The notes under the pieces are model-generated. The model saw nothing but the letters and a program-made list of their open reading frames with translations, ran no database searches and was not told the DNA's origin. A program made the translations under genes and the position numbers. This document shows positions 1-10,465 of a stretch of 64,000 bases of DNA, in pieces (position 1 is the stretch's first letter; every line of letters starts with the position of its first letter). This DNA is from Bacteroidota bacterium (lineage in GTDB: Bacteria; Bacteroidota; Bacteroidia; Chitinophagales; Chitinophagaceae). The stretch spans positions 16,114 to 80,113 of the forward strand of contig JBJORA010000090.1 of NCBI GenBank assembly GCA_046049675.1. The letters are read 5' to 3'.

Positions 1-1
1 T

Positions 2-586
2 GGAGGTGGTTTGACTAAAATATTAATCGATTTGGAACAATCAGGTTTTATTACATCCTATGCTCCTTACAAAAAATTAAAGAAGGATACCTTATATAGA
101 ATATCAGATCCATATGTTTTATTTTACCTAAAATTCTTAAAAAAGAATAGACAGACTTCGTTTGCAGATATTACTAAATCAGCAAACTACAAAGTATGGT
201 GCGGATACGCCTATGAAAATTTATGTATGCAACATATAAATATTATTCAAAATATTTTAGGCTTATCTAAAATACAAACTTTTACTTCGAGTTATTTCTA
301 TAAAGGGAATAAACATGAAAGTGGATTTCAAATAGATTTATTGATAGAAAGGGCGGATAATGTTGTTAATATTTGTGAAGTTAAATACCACAATAAAGCA
401 TATTTAATTACAAAAAAAGACTATGAACATATTAAATACTATATCTCTAAATTTCAAGAAGTAGCGGGAAAGAAAGTAGCAATCCACTATACAATGATTA
501 CTGCAAATGGAATTGTAAAGAATGAATATAGTAATGAAATATTGGACACTGAAATTACATTATCGGAAATAATAGAAGATAAATAG
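2..586 (+). CDS. AAA+ superfamily ATPase, C-terminal (DUF4143-like) part; 5' end lies outside the window
   Basis: The ORF is open to the window edge (GGGLTKILIDLE...). The C-terminal region resembles the COG1373-type ATPase C-domain common in Bacteroidota. Family assigned from recall of sequence style only. Confidence 0.45.
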   Translation, partial: GGGLTKILIDLEQSGFITSYAPYKKLKKDTLYRISDPYVLFYLKFLKKNRQTSFADITKSANYKVWCGYAYENLCMQHINIIQNILGLSKIQTFTSSYFYKGNKHESGFQIDLLIERADNVVNICEVKYHNKAYLITKKDYEHIKYYISKFQEVAGKKVAIHYTMITANGIVKNEYSNEILDTEITLSEIIEDK

Positions 587-594
587 CTTGCGGA

Positions 595-1254
595 ATGTGC
601 CAAAAAAAAGGAGATTCCGCAAGGTATAAAAACTATATAAAAGTGGGAATGTACTTAACACTACATATCAATATTACATTCAAAGAAAGTACACCAAACT
701 GCGTACGAGACTTTTTTACCAAAAGAACGAAGCATGAAGATTTACCAACATTTTTATATGAAATGGATTTAAATTTTGAAAATAAAATAAATCTAACCAC
801 ACCAGATATGTTACTTACAGAGTATGGCGCTAAAACATACACTGACGATAAACCTAATATTAGACTTCGTTTGCAATTCACTCAAGAGTTTGAATTAGAT
901 GCTCTTGCTCCATCTATTTATCCATTTATAACTTTTGTAGTAGCCTTTGCCGAAGATGATTTCATGGCGGGCTATATTAAAAGTGAATTGGAGGATTACG
1001 ATGCATTTGCAATAAAAGATGGCATTGTATATTGGCAGCAAGATCAGCAGATAGCAATTGATGCCGATAAAAAACTAGATTATTTTGAGCTAGTTGCACT
1101 TGGTTGCAAAATACGACTTTGTCAAACAGAGAATGAAGAGCTGGCTAAATTTAAAGCCATCTTTGATAATAATACTAATATTACGAAAGCAAGCGAGCTA
1201 CTCGCGGATACTAGCAAAAGTGTAGAACAAGTGGTTGAACTTTGCTTAAGTTAA
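595..1254 (+). CDS. hypothetical protein
   Basis: 219-aa ORF with no recognisable motif. An alternative start is at ~648 (MYLTLHIN). Confidence 0.4.
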   Translation: MCQKKGDSARYKNYIKVGMYLTLHINITFKESTPNCVRDFFTKRTKHEDLPTFLYEMDLNFENKINLTTPDMLLTEYGAKTYTDDKPNIRLRLQFTQEFELDALAPSIYPFITFVVAFAEDDFMAGYIKSELEDYDAFAIKDGIVYWQQDQQIAIDADKKLDYFELVALGCKIRLCQTENEELAKFKAIFDNNTNITKASELLADTSKSVEQVVELCLS

Positions 1255-1397
1255 TAGTCAATGGATGAATCGCTTTAGCTGCCCAATTCTCGCAAATACT
1301 GCAAATAAACCTTGCCTCTGCTTTCTGCAAAATAATCTAATAGCAACATAATTGAGCATTGAATAACTAAGCCCAAGCCCACACCTTTCCAAAGTGT

Positions 1398-1766
1398 TTA
1401 TGGCTGCATATTAAAAAATAGGATAACTCCTAATAATAAAAGACTAATTTCTAGCCAGCGATAGACAACGAAATTTTTCATCACTCCCTCCATTCGTGGA
1501 ATTTCTTCAGTTTGAATTTTAGTTTTGTCGGTTTGTACAATGCTAGTAACGCGAGCAATATCCTTGGGGCTTCTAAAGTAAACACTTGTACCAACAACTA
1601 ATTGAATTAATGCTACCGCTATTAGTGGATAAGCCATACCTGTAGTGAATGGTAACTTCACTTTTGTAAGATAATATACAGCAAAGCCAATTGCTGTAAC
1701 ACCTACTAAGATAAATAAAAGACTTTCGTATTTTTCTGCATTGAAATACTTTATAATTTGTTGCAT
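1398..1766 (-). CDS. small integral membrane protein (hypothetical)
   Basis: 122 aa with 3 hydrophobic helices (LLFILVGVTAIGFAVYY, AYPLIAVALIQLVVG, ISLLLLGVILFF). Confidence 0.45.
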   Translation of the reverse strand: MQQIIKYFNAEKYESLLFILVGVTAIGFAVYYLTKVKLPFTTGMAYPLIAVALIQLVVGTSVYFRSPKDIARVTSIVQTDKTKIQTEEIPRMEGVMKNFVVYRWLEISLLLLGVILFFNMQP

Positions 1767-2045
1767 ACCGCAAAAGTATCTATTTGTGATATCAAATAAA
1801 ACATTAGAGTAAACTCTATAGTTTGCTTTTGTACCGTTAAACCAATTTTTGCTACACTGATGGTTCGTATCAAATTAAAGTTTTATCAATTGCATTTATA
1901 TATTCTTTAACATATTTCAATACAACACTTATATATACGTGTACGCATTGAGTGTGCATTAAATTTGCAGTTCATCCAAAATTTTGTACGTACATCAGTA
2001 ATGTTTATCTGTTGATGCTAGCACAATTTACTTTTGCTTCGTTAA

Positions 2046-2513
2046 ATGAAAAAAGCAAGAAGTATAGTATTACTGTTGACAATATCTATTGCATTTATGC
2101 ATTGCAAAAAGCAATCATCGCATAGCACAGAAGATGTAGATCCAAGCATGGCTTCGTTTGAAAATATGCGTATACATATTTTTAAGCACAACTGTTTAAG
2201 TTGCCACAATACTGCTACTACAACTGGTTTGGTGCTAGAGGGTGCCGATTTGTATACTAATCTGTTGAACGTTGTGCCTACTAATATAAGTGCAAAGAAC
2301 GCAGGTCTAAAGTTAGTGATGCCAGGTAGTGCAGACAGTAGCTTTTTGTATGCCAAATGCGAGTGGAATACCACACCATTCAAATATGGTGGTCCGATGC
2401 CAAGCGCCACACTACTAAGTGCTGAAGAAGTACTTTTTATAAAGCAATGGATTAATGCTGGTGCGCCCAAAACAGGCGTTGTTGCAGATTACAAATTATT
2501 GCACGGACATTAA
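2046..2513 (+). CDS. c-type cytochrome-like lipoprotein (single CxxCH)
   Basis: Signal peptide followed by Cys (lipobox-like, MHCKK). Heme-binding motif CLSCH. Confidence 0.5.
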   Translation: MKKARSIVLLLTISIAFMHCKKQSSHSTEDVDPSMASFENMRIHIFKHNCLSCHNTATTTGLVLEGADLYTNLLNVVPTNISAKNAGLKLVMPGSADSSFLYAKCEWNTTPFKYGGPMPSATLLSAEEVLFIKQWINAGAPKTGVVADYKLLHGH

Positions 2514-2567
2514 ATTAAAAAAGAATTAAAAGAGAATTAAAAAAGAATTAAAAAAATACACAGTACA

Positions 2568-3494
2568 ATGAAAGGAAAATTAATTATTAGTGCAATCGCA
2601 CTAGTCTCAGTTTTAACTAGTTGCGAAAAACCAATGCCGGATGCAAGTGGAGCACCACCATTTACACCGCTAGAAAAGCCAGCAGCAGGTAGAGGCTTTC
2701 AAATACATATTCCAGTATATTCAATTGCGCCAAATTATGAACGTGAAACTTGGGTGCGTAAAGATCTTGGTAATAAAGAGGAAGTGTATATGGATGGTTT
2801 TGATATGATAGCTAGACCAGGCACACATCATACTATAGCATATAATTTTACTGACAAATCTAATTTACCACCGGCAGATATTATGTACGATCAAAACAGT
2901 CCAAATAATACGCTAAATATAAGGGCTTTTAGTGATGGTGTGCAGTTGTTTCAATCTCCAAGTGCCTCATATAATTTTAGGTTGCCAAAAGGCTTTGCTA
3001 TTAGAATAGCTCCAAATGAAAGCTTTAATATGAATATGCACAACTTTAATAAAACGTCTGAGATACGTTACGGAGAGTTGTACATGAACTTTAATACTGT
3101 ACCCAAAGATTCTGTAAAGCAAATTTTAGATGTAGAATATTTAGCGCCACTTGAAATTGTTTTACCTCCAAATCAAACTACGGTGATGAAGACAGATTTT
3201 ATTATGGATAAGAAAACAATTATTCCTTTAATGCTAAGTCATTATCACAAGCGCGGAAAAGATTTTGAAGTTCGTTTTAAAGGTGGTCCAAGAGATGGTC
3301 AAGTATGCTACAGCTCACAAGATTATGAAAACCCTCTTGTGTCAACATTCAATAATACTCCAATCGTTTTGGAGAAAGGAGAAGGCTTGACATCAATTGT
3401 AAAGTATGTAAACGAATCAAACAGAACCATAAACTTTGGCATTACAAGTGAGGATGAAATGAATTTTCTAATAATTTTTAAGTACAATCCATAG
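2568..3494 (+). CDS. lipoprotein, hypothetical
   Basis: N-terminal MKGKLIISAIALVSVLTSC lipoprotein signal. 308 aa. Confidence 0.5.
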   Translation: MKGKLIISAIALVSVLTSCEKPMPDASGAPPFTPLEKPAAGRGFQIHIPVYSIAPNYERETWVRKDLGNKEEVYMDGFDMIARPGTHHTIAYNFTDKSNLPPADIMYDQNSPNNTLNIRAFSDGVQLFQSPSASYNFRLPKGFAIRIAPNESFNMNMHNFNKTSEIRYGELYMNFNTVPKDSVKQILDVEYLAPLEIVLPPNQTTVMKTDFIMDKKTIIPLMLSHYHKRGKDFEVRFKGGPRDGQVCYSSQDYENPLVSTFNNTPIVLEKGEGLTSIVKYVNESNRTINFGITSEDEMNFLIIFKYNP

Positions 3495-3517
3495 TAAAAT
3501 ACACAAGCAAATAAACA

Positions 3518-4153
3518 ATGAAACAAATATTATTTATTACTTTAATTGCTGCCAGCTTTATAAATGCCAGCGCGCAGGATACAAAGGACAAAGCAAGCAA
3601 AGCACCTTCTAAGGTCACTCTAAGAGGCGATTTTTATCTACCAAGACCATTAGTTGCATTTGTCAATGCCTCCCAGAATGGATTTCATTACCCAACAGAT
3701 TTTGGGTTTACGCTAGGGGCAGAGAGAAACATACGTGCAAAAAAGAATACTCGTATTTATCAATATGGCTTGGTAGGCTTTTACAACCACGTTTACCTTG
3801 AAAGGGTTGGTACTTTGGCTACAGGATTAGGTTTCTATAGAAGAATTTATAAAGGATTTGGCACCAATTTCGAATTTGATGTAGCTTACCATAGAGCTAC
3901 AAGCAGCCATTTAGCTTCACGGCTAGAAAATGGAGAGTGGGTTTCATTTGTAGACAGGTCTGTAAAAACCAATCGCTTTGCTCCTTCAATTGGTGGAAAT
4001 TTAGAATATAACTTCGCTAAAGTAAGAAAACTAGCTCCATTAACTATAGCATTAGGGTACAATGGATGTTTTGTTACACCATTCGACCGGAGGGCTCTTG
4101 TGCCATTTAATGTTTACCATCAGCCACGCTTTGGCGTAAAATGGAAATGGTAG
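3518..4153 (+). CDS. putative outer-membrane beta-barrel protein
   Basis: Signal peptide MKQILFITLIAASFINASA. Alternating hydrophobic pattern. Aromatic C-terminus (...FGVKWKW). Confidence 0.45.
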   Translation: MKQILFITLIAASFINASAQDTKDKASKAPSKVTLRGDFYLPRPLVAFVNASQNGFHYPTDFGFTLGAERNIRAKKNTRIYQYGLVGFYNHVYLERVGTLATGLGFYRRIYKGFGTNFEFDVAYHRATSSHLASRLENGEWVSFVDRSVKTNRFAPSIGGNLEYNFAKVRKLAPLTIALGYNGCFVTPFDRRALVPFNVYHQPRFGVKWKW

Positions 4154-4222
4154 ATAGAAGTATGAAGCCGTACCTTAAATAAGTTACCAACTAAACTATT
4201 TATTAAATCAATTTGTTTAGCC

Positions 4223-4832
4223 ATGTCGGCTAAGAGAGAATTCTATGCTTTAACAAAAAAAGATATTAATAAAATGAAATTAAAAATTCAAATCATTGCA
4301 ATGTTAGCATTAGGTGCTAGCACAGTTTTTACCGCACGTAAAAAAAACGCAATTACAGGTACAGGATCTATTCGTTTAGAGTTTGAAAATTTTGCAAATG
4401 GCAACACCTTAGACTTTACTACTGATTATACCAATGCCAATGGTGAGCAAATGCGCCACTTGTCATAGTGGTGAATTGTTTACAGATAATAGTTTTAGAA
4501 ACAACGGTATTAGCGATAGCAGTAGCTTTGATACAGGTAGAATGCAAATAAGTACTTTCCTTAGTGATAAATATAAATTTAGAGTACCAAGCCTACGTAA
4601 TGTAGCCAAAACACCACCCTATATGCATAATGGCAGCATTGGTACCATTGATAATGTATTAGAGTTTTATAATAGTGGCGTAAAGCAATCGCCAAATTTA
4701 GATACGCTTTTACTACAAAATAGTAAACGTGGCATTCCATTAAGTGCCGATGAAATGGCAAAACTAAAAGCATTTTTACTAACGTTAACAGATGAGGAGT
4801 TCATTAGAAATCCCTTGTTTCAACCTTTTTAG
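4223..4832 (+). pseudogene. di-heme cytochrome c peroxidase (CCP/MauG family) remnant, frameshifted and lacking the N-terminal heme domain
   Basis: Two ORFs overlap in different frames (4223-4468 with a signal peptide; 4434-4832). The second carries CATCH plus the conserved CCP C-domain motifs FRVPSLRN and PYMHNG. Total length ~200 aa versus ~330-350 aa for an intact CCP. Confidence 0.55.
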
Positions 4833-4849
4833 TTTTGGGAGGTTGCCAG

Positions 4850-5650
4850 TTACATTTTAAAGATGTCTGGGTTTAAAAAAGGCTTACCCATTAATGCTTG
4901 TACAAATAGTAATGTGATAAAAACAAAATATCCTATACTAATTATCCATACTAATTTATTGGCAATTCTGCTATCACTAATTTTTTTGGAAATGAAATAA
5001 CCATTTAAGGGAATAATTTGTAAAGCATGTAATCCAAAAAAGTGGGCAACTCTAACATCGCCAAACAATGTACTCCAGTTCACAATTGGCAAGCCTGCTC
5101 CTCCAATTGCACCACCAACATTATGCGAATTGATTGCAGACATATAACCACCTAAAAAACTAAATATTACAAACTGAATTAATCCAATTTGTATAGATAA
5201 CGCAAATGTGTTGTGTATTAAATAACTTGCCTGTTTGATGAATTTTAAAGTCATCCATAATGTAGCCACGGTTAATGATACAATTGTTAGACCCATAAAT
5301 AAGTACAATAAGCCGCCAAACCAATCGCTAACGTTAAAGTGTGATAGTTCTCCCCTAAAAGCTTGTAAGGTTATTGCAAATTGCTCGTAGTACATTACTG
5401 CAAAGGCCAGTACACTATATTTTTTTACACTTTTTTGGTGTTCCCAGAATTGCAATAAGTAGGCCATTGTATAGGCATAAATACACAAACTTGTAGAAAA
5501 TTTTATTGGCTTATACATGGCATTAATACCTAGAACTTCCACTGTATTAAAAAACGAATAAATGAATAATGCAATTGAAAGTAGCAACATGCCATTGCCG
5601 CTTAGTATCAACAACTTGTTTTTAGAATATAGTACTTTGTAAATACTCAT
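4850..5650 (-). CDS. polytopic membrane protein (hypothetical)
   Basis: 266 aa with multiple TM helices. Overlaps the downstream gene by 4 nt (ATGA). Confidence 0.45.
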   Translation of the reverse strand: MSIYKVLYSKNKLLILSGNGMLLLSIALFIYSFFNTVEVLGINAMYKPIKFSTSLCIYAYTMAYLLQFWEHQKSVKKYSVLAFAVMYYEQFAITLQAFRGELSHFNVSDWFGGLLYLFMGLTIVSLTVATLWMTLKFIKQASYLIHNTFALSIQIGLIQFVIFSFLGGYMSAINSHNVGGAIGGAGLPIVNWSTLFGDVRVAHFFGLHALQIIPLNGYFISKKISDSRIANKLVWIISIGYFVFITLLFVQALMGKPFLNPDIFKM

Positions 5651-6075
5651 GGCTTATGCTGTTGATTTGATTGCCAAAATTTGCTAGCACAAAACAGCAC
5701 ATACCCCACTGGCCCAAACATAAATGTAAATGGTAAAATAATAAACCTAAGCCATCGAGGTGATTTACTTTGTTGCAATTGGTATACAATATAAGCACCT
5801 ACAAACAAATCAAAAGCCAAGTAATGAAACCATCCAGCCGTAAGCACTACATCGTTTTGAAACAAGGCCTTTACATTCGCTAATGTGCTAAAGCTATTTG
5901 GATCAAAATCTGATATCCCACTAAAAATTAATACAGTATATACTATACTAAACAATAATACTAATCCATGATTGATAATTAGCTGAGTATATTTATAGCG
6001 AGGCGCAACAAGTAGCAATAGCCAACCCAACAGAATTGCAGCATTACCAAACGAGAAAATCAAAGCAGCGTTCAT
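5647..6075 (-). CDS. DUF4281 (ABA4-like) family membrane protein
   Basis: 142 aa, 4 TM. Motifs LLLVAPR, WFHYLAFDLFVG, ILPFTFMFGPVGYVLF typical of the family (assigned from recall). Confidence 0.5.
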   Translation of the reverse strand: MNAALIFSFGNAAILLGWLLLLVAPRYKYTQLIINHGLVLLFSIVYTVLIFSGISDFDPNSFSTLANVKALFQNDVVLTAGWFHYLAFDLFVGAYIVYQLQQSKSPRWLRFIILPFTFMFGPVGYVLFCASKFWQSNQQHKP

Positions 6076-6077
6076 TA

Positions 6078-6512
6078 TTAATTTATTAGGTTAATTGTTA
6101 TAGTTTTATTTGCTTGTGAGAAGACGAATGCGCAATCGGCAAATGTAGGTGCAGATATCATAGGCTTATAATTATTGCTAAAGCCAAATGGCTCTTTAGG
6201 GTAGCCGACAAAATTGACGTCTAATTTTTGATTACTATTGATATCTTGATATAATGCTAGGGCGTAAGTGCCAAAAGGAATATTTGAAAAAGTAATTTGC
6301 AATTCTTTTTTGGCATTAGGCTGTATTGTGATAGCTCTATACATTTTTGTTTCTGAGGAAAAATTAGTGGATGCGTTGTATAATGCAACTCTAAGCATCG
6401 CATTTTTATTGTTAATATTGTTTACTTTTACTGTAAGCGTTTCACCACTTTGCGCTAATAAAGCAGTGCAATACAAAACAAAGGTTAAGCCTGAAATTAA
6501 CTTTTTCGACAT
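6078..6512 (-). CDS. DUF2141 domain protein (secreted)
   Basis: Signal peptide. Motifs MLRVALYNASTNFS, ALYQDINSNQKLDVNFVGYPKEPFGFSNN match DUF2141 by recall. Confidence 0.5.
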   Translation of the reverse strand: MSKKLISGLTFVLYCTALLAQSGETLTVKVNNINNKNAMLRVALYNASTNFSSETKMYRAITIQPNAKKELQITFSNIPFGTYALALYQDINSNQKLDVNFVGYPKEPFGFSNNYKPMISAPTFADCAFVFSQANKTITINLIN

Positions 6513-6583
6513 AATGCAAATCGGTTTCTAGCAGCAAAGTTGAAGCTTTAATTGTAGAAAAAGATGTCACAAATGTTTCAAAA

Positions 6584-7174
6584 TTATTTTTTGCTTAACT
6601 GACTTCTAATCCTACTTAGCGATTGGCGTTCTATGCCTAGATAACTAGCTAAATGTGTTAGCGATATTCTATTAAACAAATCGTTGTTTTTTGCCACAAA
6701 ATCTAGGTAGCGCTGTTCTGCTGTTTTAAACACAAAGCTATTCAGTCTTTCTTGCTGCATATAGTATACCTCTTGCGTTATTAGCCTGCCATATCTCTCA
6801 ATATTTTTGTACCTATCATACCCAGCTTGCATGTGTTTGTAACTTAGGTTTATAACTGTTGTAGGCTCTATGCACTCGATAGTATATATAGCGGCAGATT
6901 GGCTCATAAAAGAAATAAAGTCTGCGGCGTATTCATTCTCTTTTATAAACCACACATTTACTTCATTATCATTGTCATCTACATAAAATACCCTCATCAA
7001 ACCGCTTAAAACAAAAGCCATGCTATGTTGAATATTGCCACTATTCAAGTAAATATCTTTTGCACCATAGTTGGTAATCGTTAAGTCCGACGCAATAAAT
7101 TCTAATTCTTCGGTACTAATTAATGGACAAATAGTTTTGTAATGATTCAGGTATTGTTGAAAATGTTTATCCAT
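6584..7174 (-). CDS. Crp/Fnr family transcriptional regulator
   Basis: cNMP-binding-like N-domain. C-terminal HTH ISLTHLASYLGIERQSLSRIRSQL. Confidence 0.65.
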   Translation of the reverse strand: MDKHFQQYLNHYKTICPLISTEELEFIASDLTITNYGAKDIYLNSGNIQHSMAFVLSGLMRVFYVDDNDNEVNVWFIKENEYAADFISFMSQSAAIYTIECIEPTTVINLSYKHMQAGYDRYKNIERYGRLITQEVYYMQQERLNSFVFKTAEQRYLDFVAKNNDLFNRISLTHLASYLGIERQSLSRIRSQLSKK

Positions 7175-7620
7175 TTAATAGCATCATTATTTGCGCTAAT
7201 TTAGCGTTTTAATTCAATTCATGAACTATCTAGTATACATAACATTGGCTTTGGCAATGCACGGTACAATCAATTAATAGTAAACATAAATGCTATAAAA
7301 GATAATCCAAGAGCGCAGTTTATCATCTAATGCTGCAGTTTGTCATTGCAACAGGGCATGCAATTTGTATCCACGTTAACTTCACACTTTGCGGTTAGCA
7401 AATTAAAGCAACTGAGAACTAGATAATTGGTATAAAAAGGGTTGCGTAATAAAGTGGTAATTTTCTTCATATTAAAATCCATTAAATTGCTTCTAAGAAA
7501 CAGTTTAGTGGATTTTTAAATTTTGCAATAAACTGTTTGGTAGAATTAAACAGGTACTTTGTAGAAAAACTTCAAGGTAAGGCATTATAAAGATAATTTT
7601 GTAGTATAAATATTTATTTA

Positions 7621-8730
7621 ATGAAAAAGGTAACAATACTTGCATTTATTGCTATGGCTATTTTTGTTTTTGCTTGCCGCAAAACAAACATTAACGAAAA
7701 TAACGACAAGCTAGTAACTCAAGAATGGCTTAAAGATTTGGAAACGCCGTGGCAAATAGTATTTGCACCAGATGGAAGAATATTTTTTACAGAACGTGCA
7801 GGTCGTGTACGCGTTGTAAAAAATGGTATTCTTTCTACTTGGTTAGATGTATCGGGCGTTATAGAAAATGGCGAGTCTGGTTTATTGGGAATTAATTTAG
7901 ATCCTGATTTTATTAATAATGGTTATGTATACATTGCTTACACTTACTCTACACCGCAATGGAAATTTAATAATAGACTAGTACGTTGTGTTGAAGATAA
8001 AATCACTGGTAAGGGCAAGGAAGATAAAATTTATATTGATGACATTAGAGGCCAAGCCAATCACAATGGTGGTCCGATAAAGATAGGTCCCGATGGAAAA
8101 TTGTATTGGACTGTTGGCGATGGGTTTGACAACAATTTACCGCAAGACCTAAATAGTTTGAATGGGAAAATTTTACGTTTAAATTTAGACGGAACAATAC
8201 CAAGTGATAATCCTTTTCCTAATTCATACATCTGGACATATGGCCATAGAAATGTGCAAGGCCTAGCTTGGCAAGAAGGTACGAACAGACTATTTGTAAC
8301 GGAGCATGGTCCAAGTTCGCCAACGGATTGTTGCATAGATGAAATAAACATTATTGAAAAGGGTAAGAACTATGGCTGGCCTGTAATTAAAGGTACACAA
8401 ACTCAAGCTGGAATGGAAAATCCGATTTGGTTAAGTGGTGCAGATAAAACCTGGGCACCTGCAGGAGCAATTTTTATTAAAAATGGTAAATGGAAAGGCT
8501 CTTTTGTATTTGTGGGTTTAAGAGGAGAAACACTTTACAGAGCTGTAATTGACCCTAATGATGCTAGTAAGATTTTACGCGTAGAAGAATACCTAAAGCA
8601 AACTTATGGCCGACTGCGCGATGTAGCAGAAGCGCCTGATGGCACCTTATACATTTGTGTAAGCAATAGAGATGGTCGCGGTGTACCACGTGCTCAAGAC
8701 GATAGAATTATTAAACTGACGATTCAATAA
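7621..8730 (+). CDS. PQQ-dependent sugar dehydrogenase (soluble aldose dehydrogenase family), lipoprotein
   Basis: Signal peptide plus Cys. Beta-propeller motifs; HGPSSPTDCCIDEINIIEKGKNYGWP and GRVRVV blocks typical of the family. Confidence 0.65.
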   Translation: MKKVTILAFIAMAIFVFACRKTNINENNDKLVTQEWLKDLETPWQIVFAPDGRIFFTERAGRVRVVKNGILSTWLDVSGVIENGESGLLGINLDPDFINNGYVYIAYTYSTPQWKFNNRLVRCVEDKITGKGKEDKIYIDDIRGQANHNGGPIKIGPDGKLYWTVGDGFDNNLPQDLNSLNGKILRLNLDGTIPSDNPFPNSYIWTYGHRNVQGLAWQEGTNRLFVTEHGPSSPTDCCIDEINIIEKGKNYGWPVIKGTQTQAGMENPIWLSGADKTWAPAGAIFIKNGKWKGSFVFVGLRGETLYRAVIDPNDASKILRVEEYLKQTYGRLRDVAEAPDGTLYICVSNRDGRGVPRAQDDRIIKLTIQ

Positions 8731-8736
8731 TTTTTT

Positions 8737-9357
8737 ATGAAAAGACTATTTTTATTGCTGACCATTCTTAGCTTCTCTGCTTATGTGGCAGATGCACAAT
8801 GGCGAAAAGTTGAAAAGCTCAAAAAGGACAAGCAGCCTAATATTAAGATTGCATATCAAGGCAGAACTCCAGAACCTGGTTATAGAATTGGAGCAGAGTT
8901 TATACTTAAAAAGAAGAAAGTAACTTACGGCAAGTTTACACGCATCAATGAAAGATTTCTTTCAGCAAATTTGATGTATGCCTATAATGCGGACTTGTAT
9001 AATATTTTTACCTTACATCCAGAGTATACTACAAGAACAACGCACGCTAAATCGGGTATATTTGCCGACTTAAATTTTGGTTTTGGCGGAGGTGGTACTT
9101 TTAATAATGATCAAGCGCCGGTATATATACTTAACCCTGATGGTAGTGAAAGTATAAAGCCAATCAAAAGATATTTTATAATGGCAAGTATTGGTGCTGG
9201 ACTTGGCTACGATTTTAATTACAGATTAAAGAAGCCTATCAAGCTGTACTATAGATTAGGGCTTTCTCCAGTTTATTTTGAGGCTTTTCCTTATCAAGCT
9301 CTACCAAGGCATGAACTAGGTATTATTACAAACCTTAGCTGGTTAAAGAAAAACTAA
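8737..9357 (+). CDS. secreted/outer-membrane protein, hypothetical
   Basis: Signal peptide MKRLFLLLTILSFSAYVADA. Has a degraded paralog at 11197-11529. Confidence 0.45.
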   Translation: MKRLFLLLTILSFSAYVADAQWRKVEKLKKDKQPNIKIAYQGRTPEPGYRIGAEFILKKKKVTYGKFTRINERFLSANLMYAYNADLYNIFTLHPEYTTRTTHAKSGIFADLNFGFGGGGTFNNDQAPVYILNPDGSESIKPIKRYFIMASIGAGLGYDFNYRLKKPIKLYYRLGLSPVYFEAFPYQALPRHELGIITNLSWLKKN

Positions 9358-9388
9358 ACGGGCTTATTAAGAGTTGTAAATTTAATAC

Positions 9389-10465
9389 ATGCAAGCATTA
9401 AACATTGGCGCTAATCCAGCAGTAAGCTTTTTAGTAAATAAGAAATTTACATGGCTAAGGCATGGCGTATTTGCACTTATTCTAGCGATTGTTTACAATT
9501 TGTTGGATCCTGAAGAAATAAGAAAATTTGCAGAACTGTATAATACGCCTTACACAATTTTGTATTTTGGTTTTATCATTCAATATATTTTTTCATTAGG
9601 ACTGATTTACTTCAATATTTATTTTTTATACCCTAGATTTTTTTTAAGAGGACAAGTCAATAAATATTTCGCAGGTGTTCTAGTAGCAGGTGCAATATTT
9701 TTTTTGGTTGCATTTTTTATACACAAGAGTTACGTAACACAATATGGCGCTAAAGAAGAAAAAGGTATAGACTTTTCATTTTCTTCATTCATAAATGTTA
9801 CACTATTTCCAATTATATTTTTATTGGCAACTACAGGTTACAAGATATTTAAGCAATGGATAGCAGATCAAAACAAATTTGCAGAAATGCAAAAAGAAAA
9901 GTTAATCACTGAATTGCAACAACTAAAAAGTCAAGTAAATCCGCATTTTTTGTTCAATACCCTAAATAATTTAAACGTGTTAATTGGCACCAATCCTACA
10001 AAAGCTTCTGAGATAGTATTAGGACTTTCTGATGTACTGCGTTATCAAATTTATGATAGCCAACATGAGTTAGTATTATTATCAAAAGACATAGAAATTA
10101 TAAAAGAGTTTTTAGAAATTGAAAAAATTAGAAGAGACAATCTGGAATACAAAATACATGCTGCACCTAATATTGCTAGCCTAAGGGTTCCTCCCTTGTT
10201 GTTCACAAATTTTGTAGATAATAGTATAAAGCATAGTATTAGCCGTGCAAAGTCTTCAATAAATATTTCCTTTTATACCGAAGACGAATACTTGTATTTT
10301 AATATAAGCAACACTAAACCTTCGGTAAGTATTGAAAAAATTCAGGGAGGATTAGGATTAGTAAATATTAAAAAAAGACTAGACCTATTGTACGGAGATA
10401 AGCATACATTGCAAATAAGAGACGAGGAAAATACATATACTGTAACACTAAAGATCCCAGTATGA
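9389..10465 (+). CDS. sensor histidine kinase (LytS/YehU-type, His_kinase PF06580-like)
   Basis: N-terminal TM region. Motifs LQQLKSQVNPHFLFNTLNNLNVLI and an ATPase domain. Overlaps the response regulator gene by 4 nt. Confidence 0.7.
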   Translation: MQALNIGANPAVSFLVNKKFTWLRHGVFALILAIVYNLLDPEEIRKFAELYNTPYTILYFGFIIQYIFSLGLIYFNIYFLYPRFFLRGQVNKYFAGVLVAGAIFFLVAFFIHKSYVTQYGAKEEKGIDFSFSSFINVTLFPIIFLLATTGYKIFKQWIADQNKFAEMQKEKLITELQQLKSQVNPHFLFNTLNNLNVLIGTNPTKASEIVLGLSDVLRYQIYDSQHELVLLSKDIEIIKEFLEIEKIRRDNLEYKIHAAPNIASLRVPPLLFTNFVDNSIKHSISRAKSSINISFYTEDEYLYFNISNTKPSVSIEKIQGGLGLVNIKKRLDLLYGDKHTLQIRDEENTYTVTLKIPV

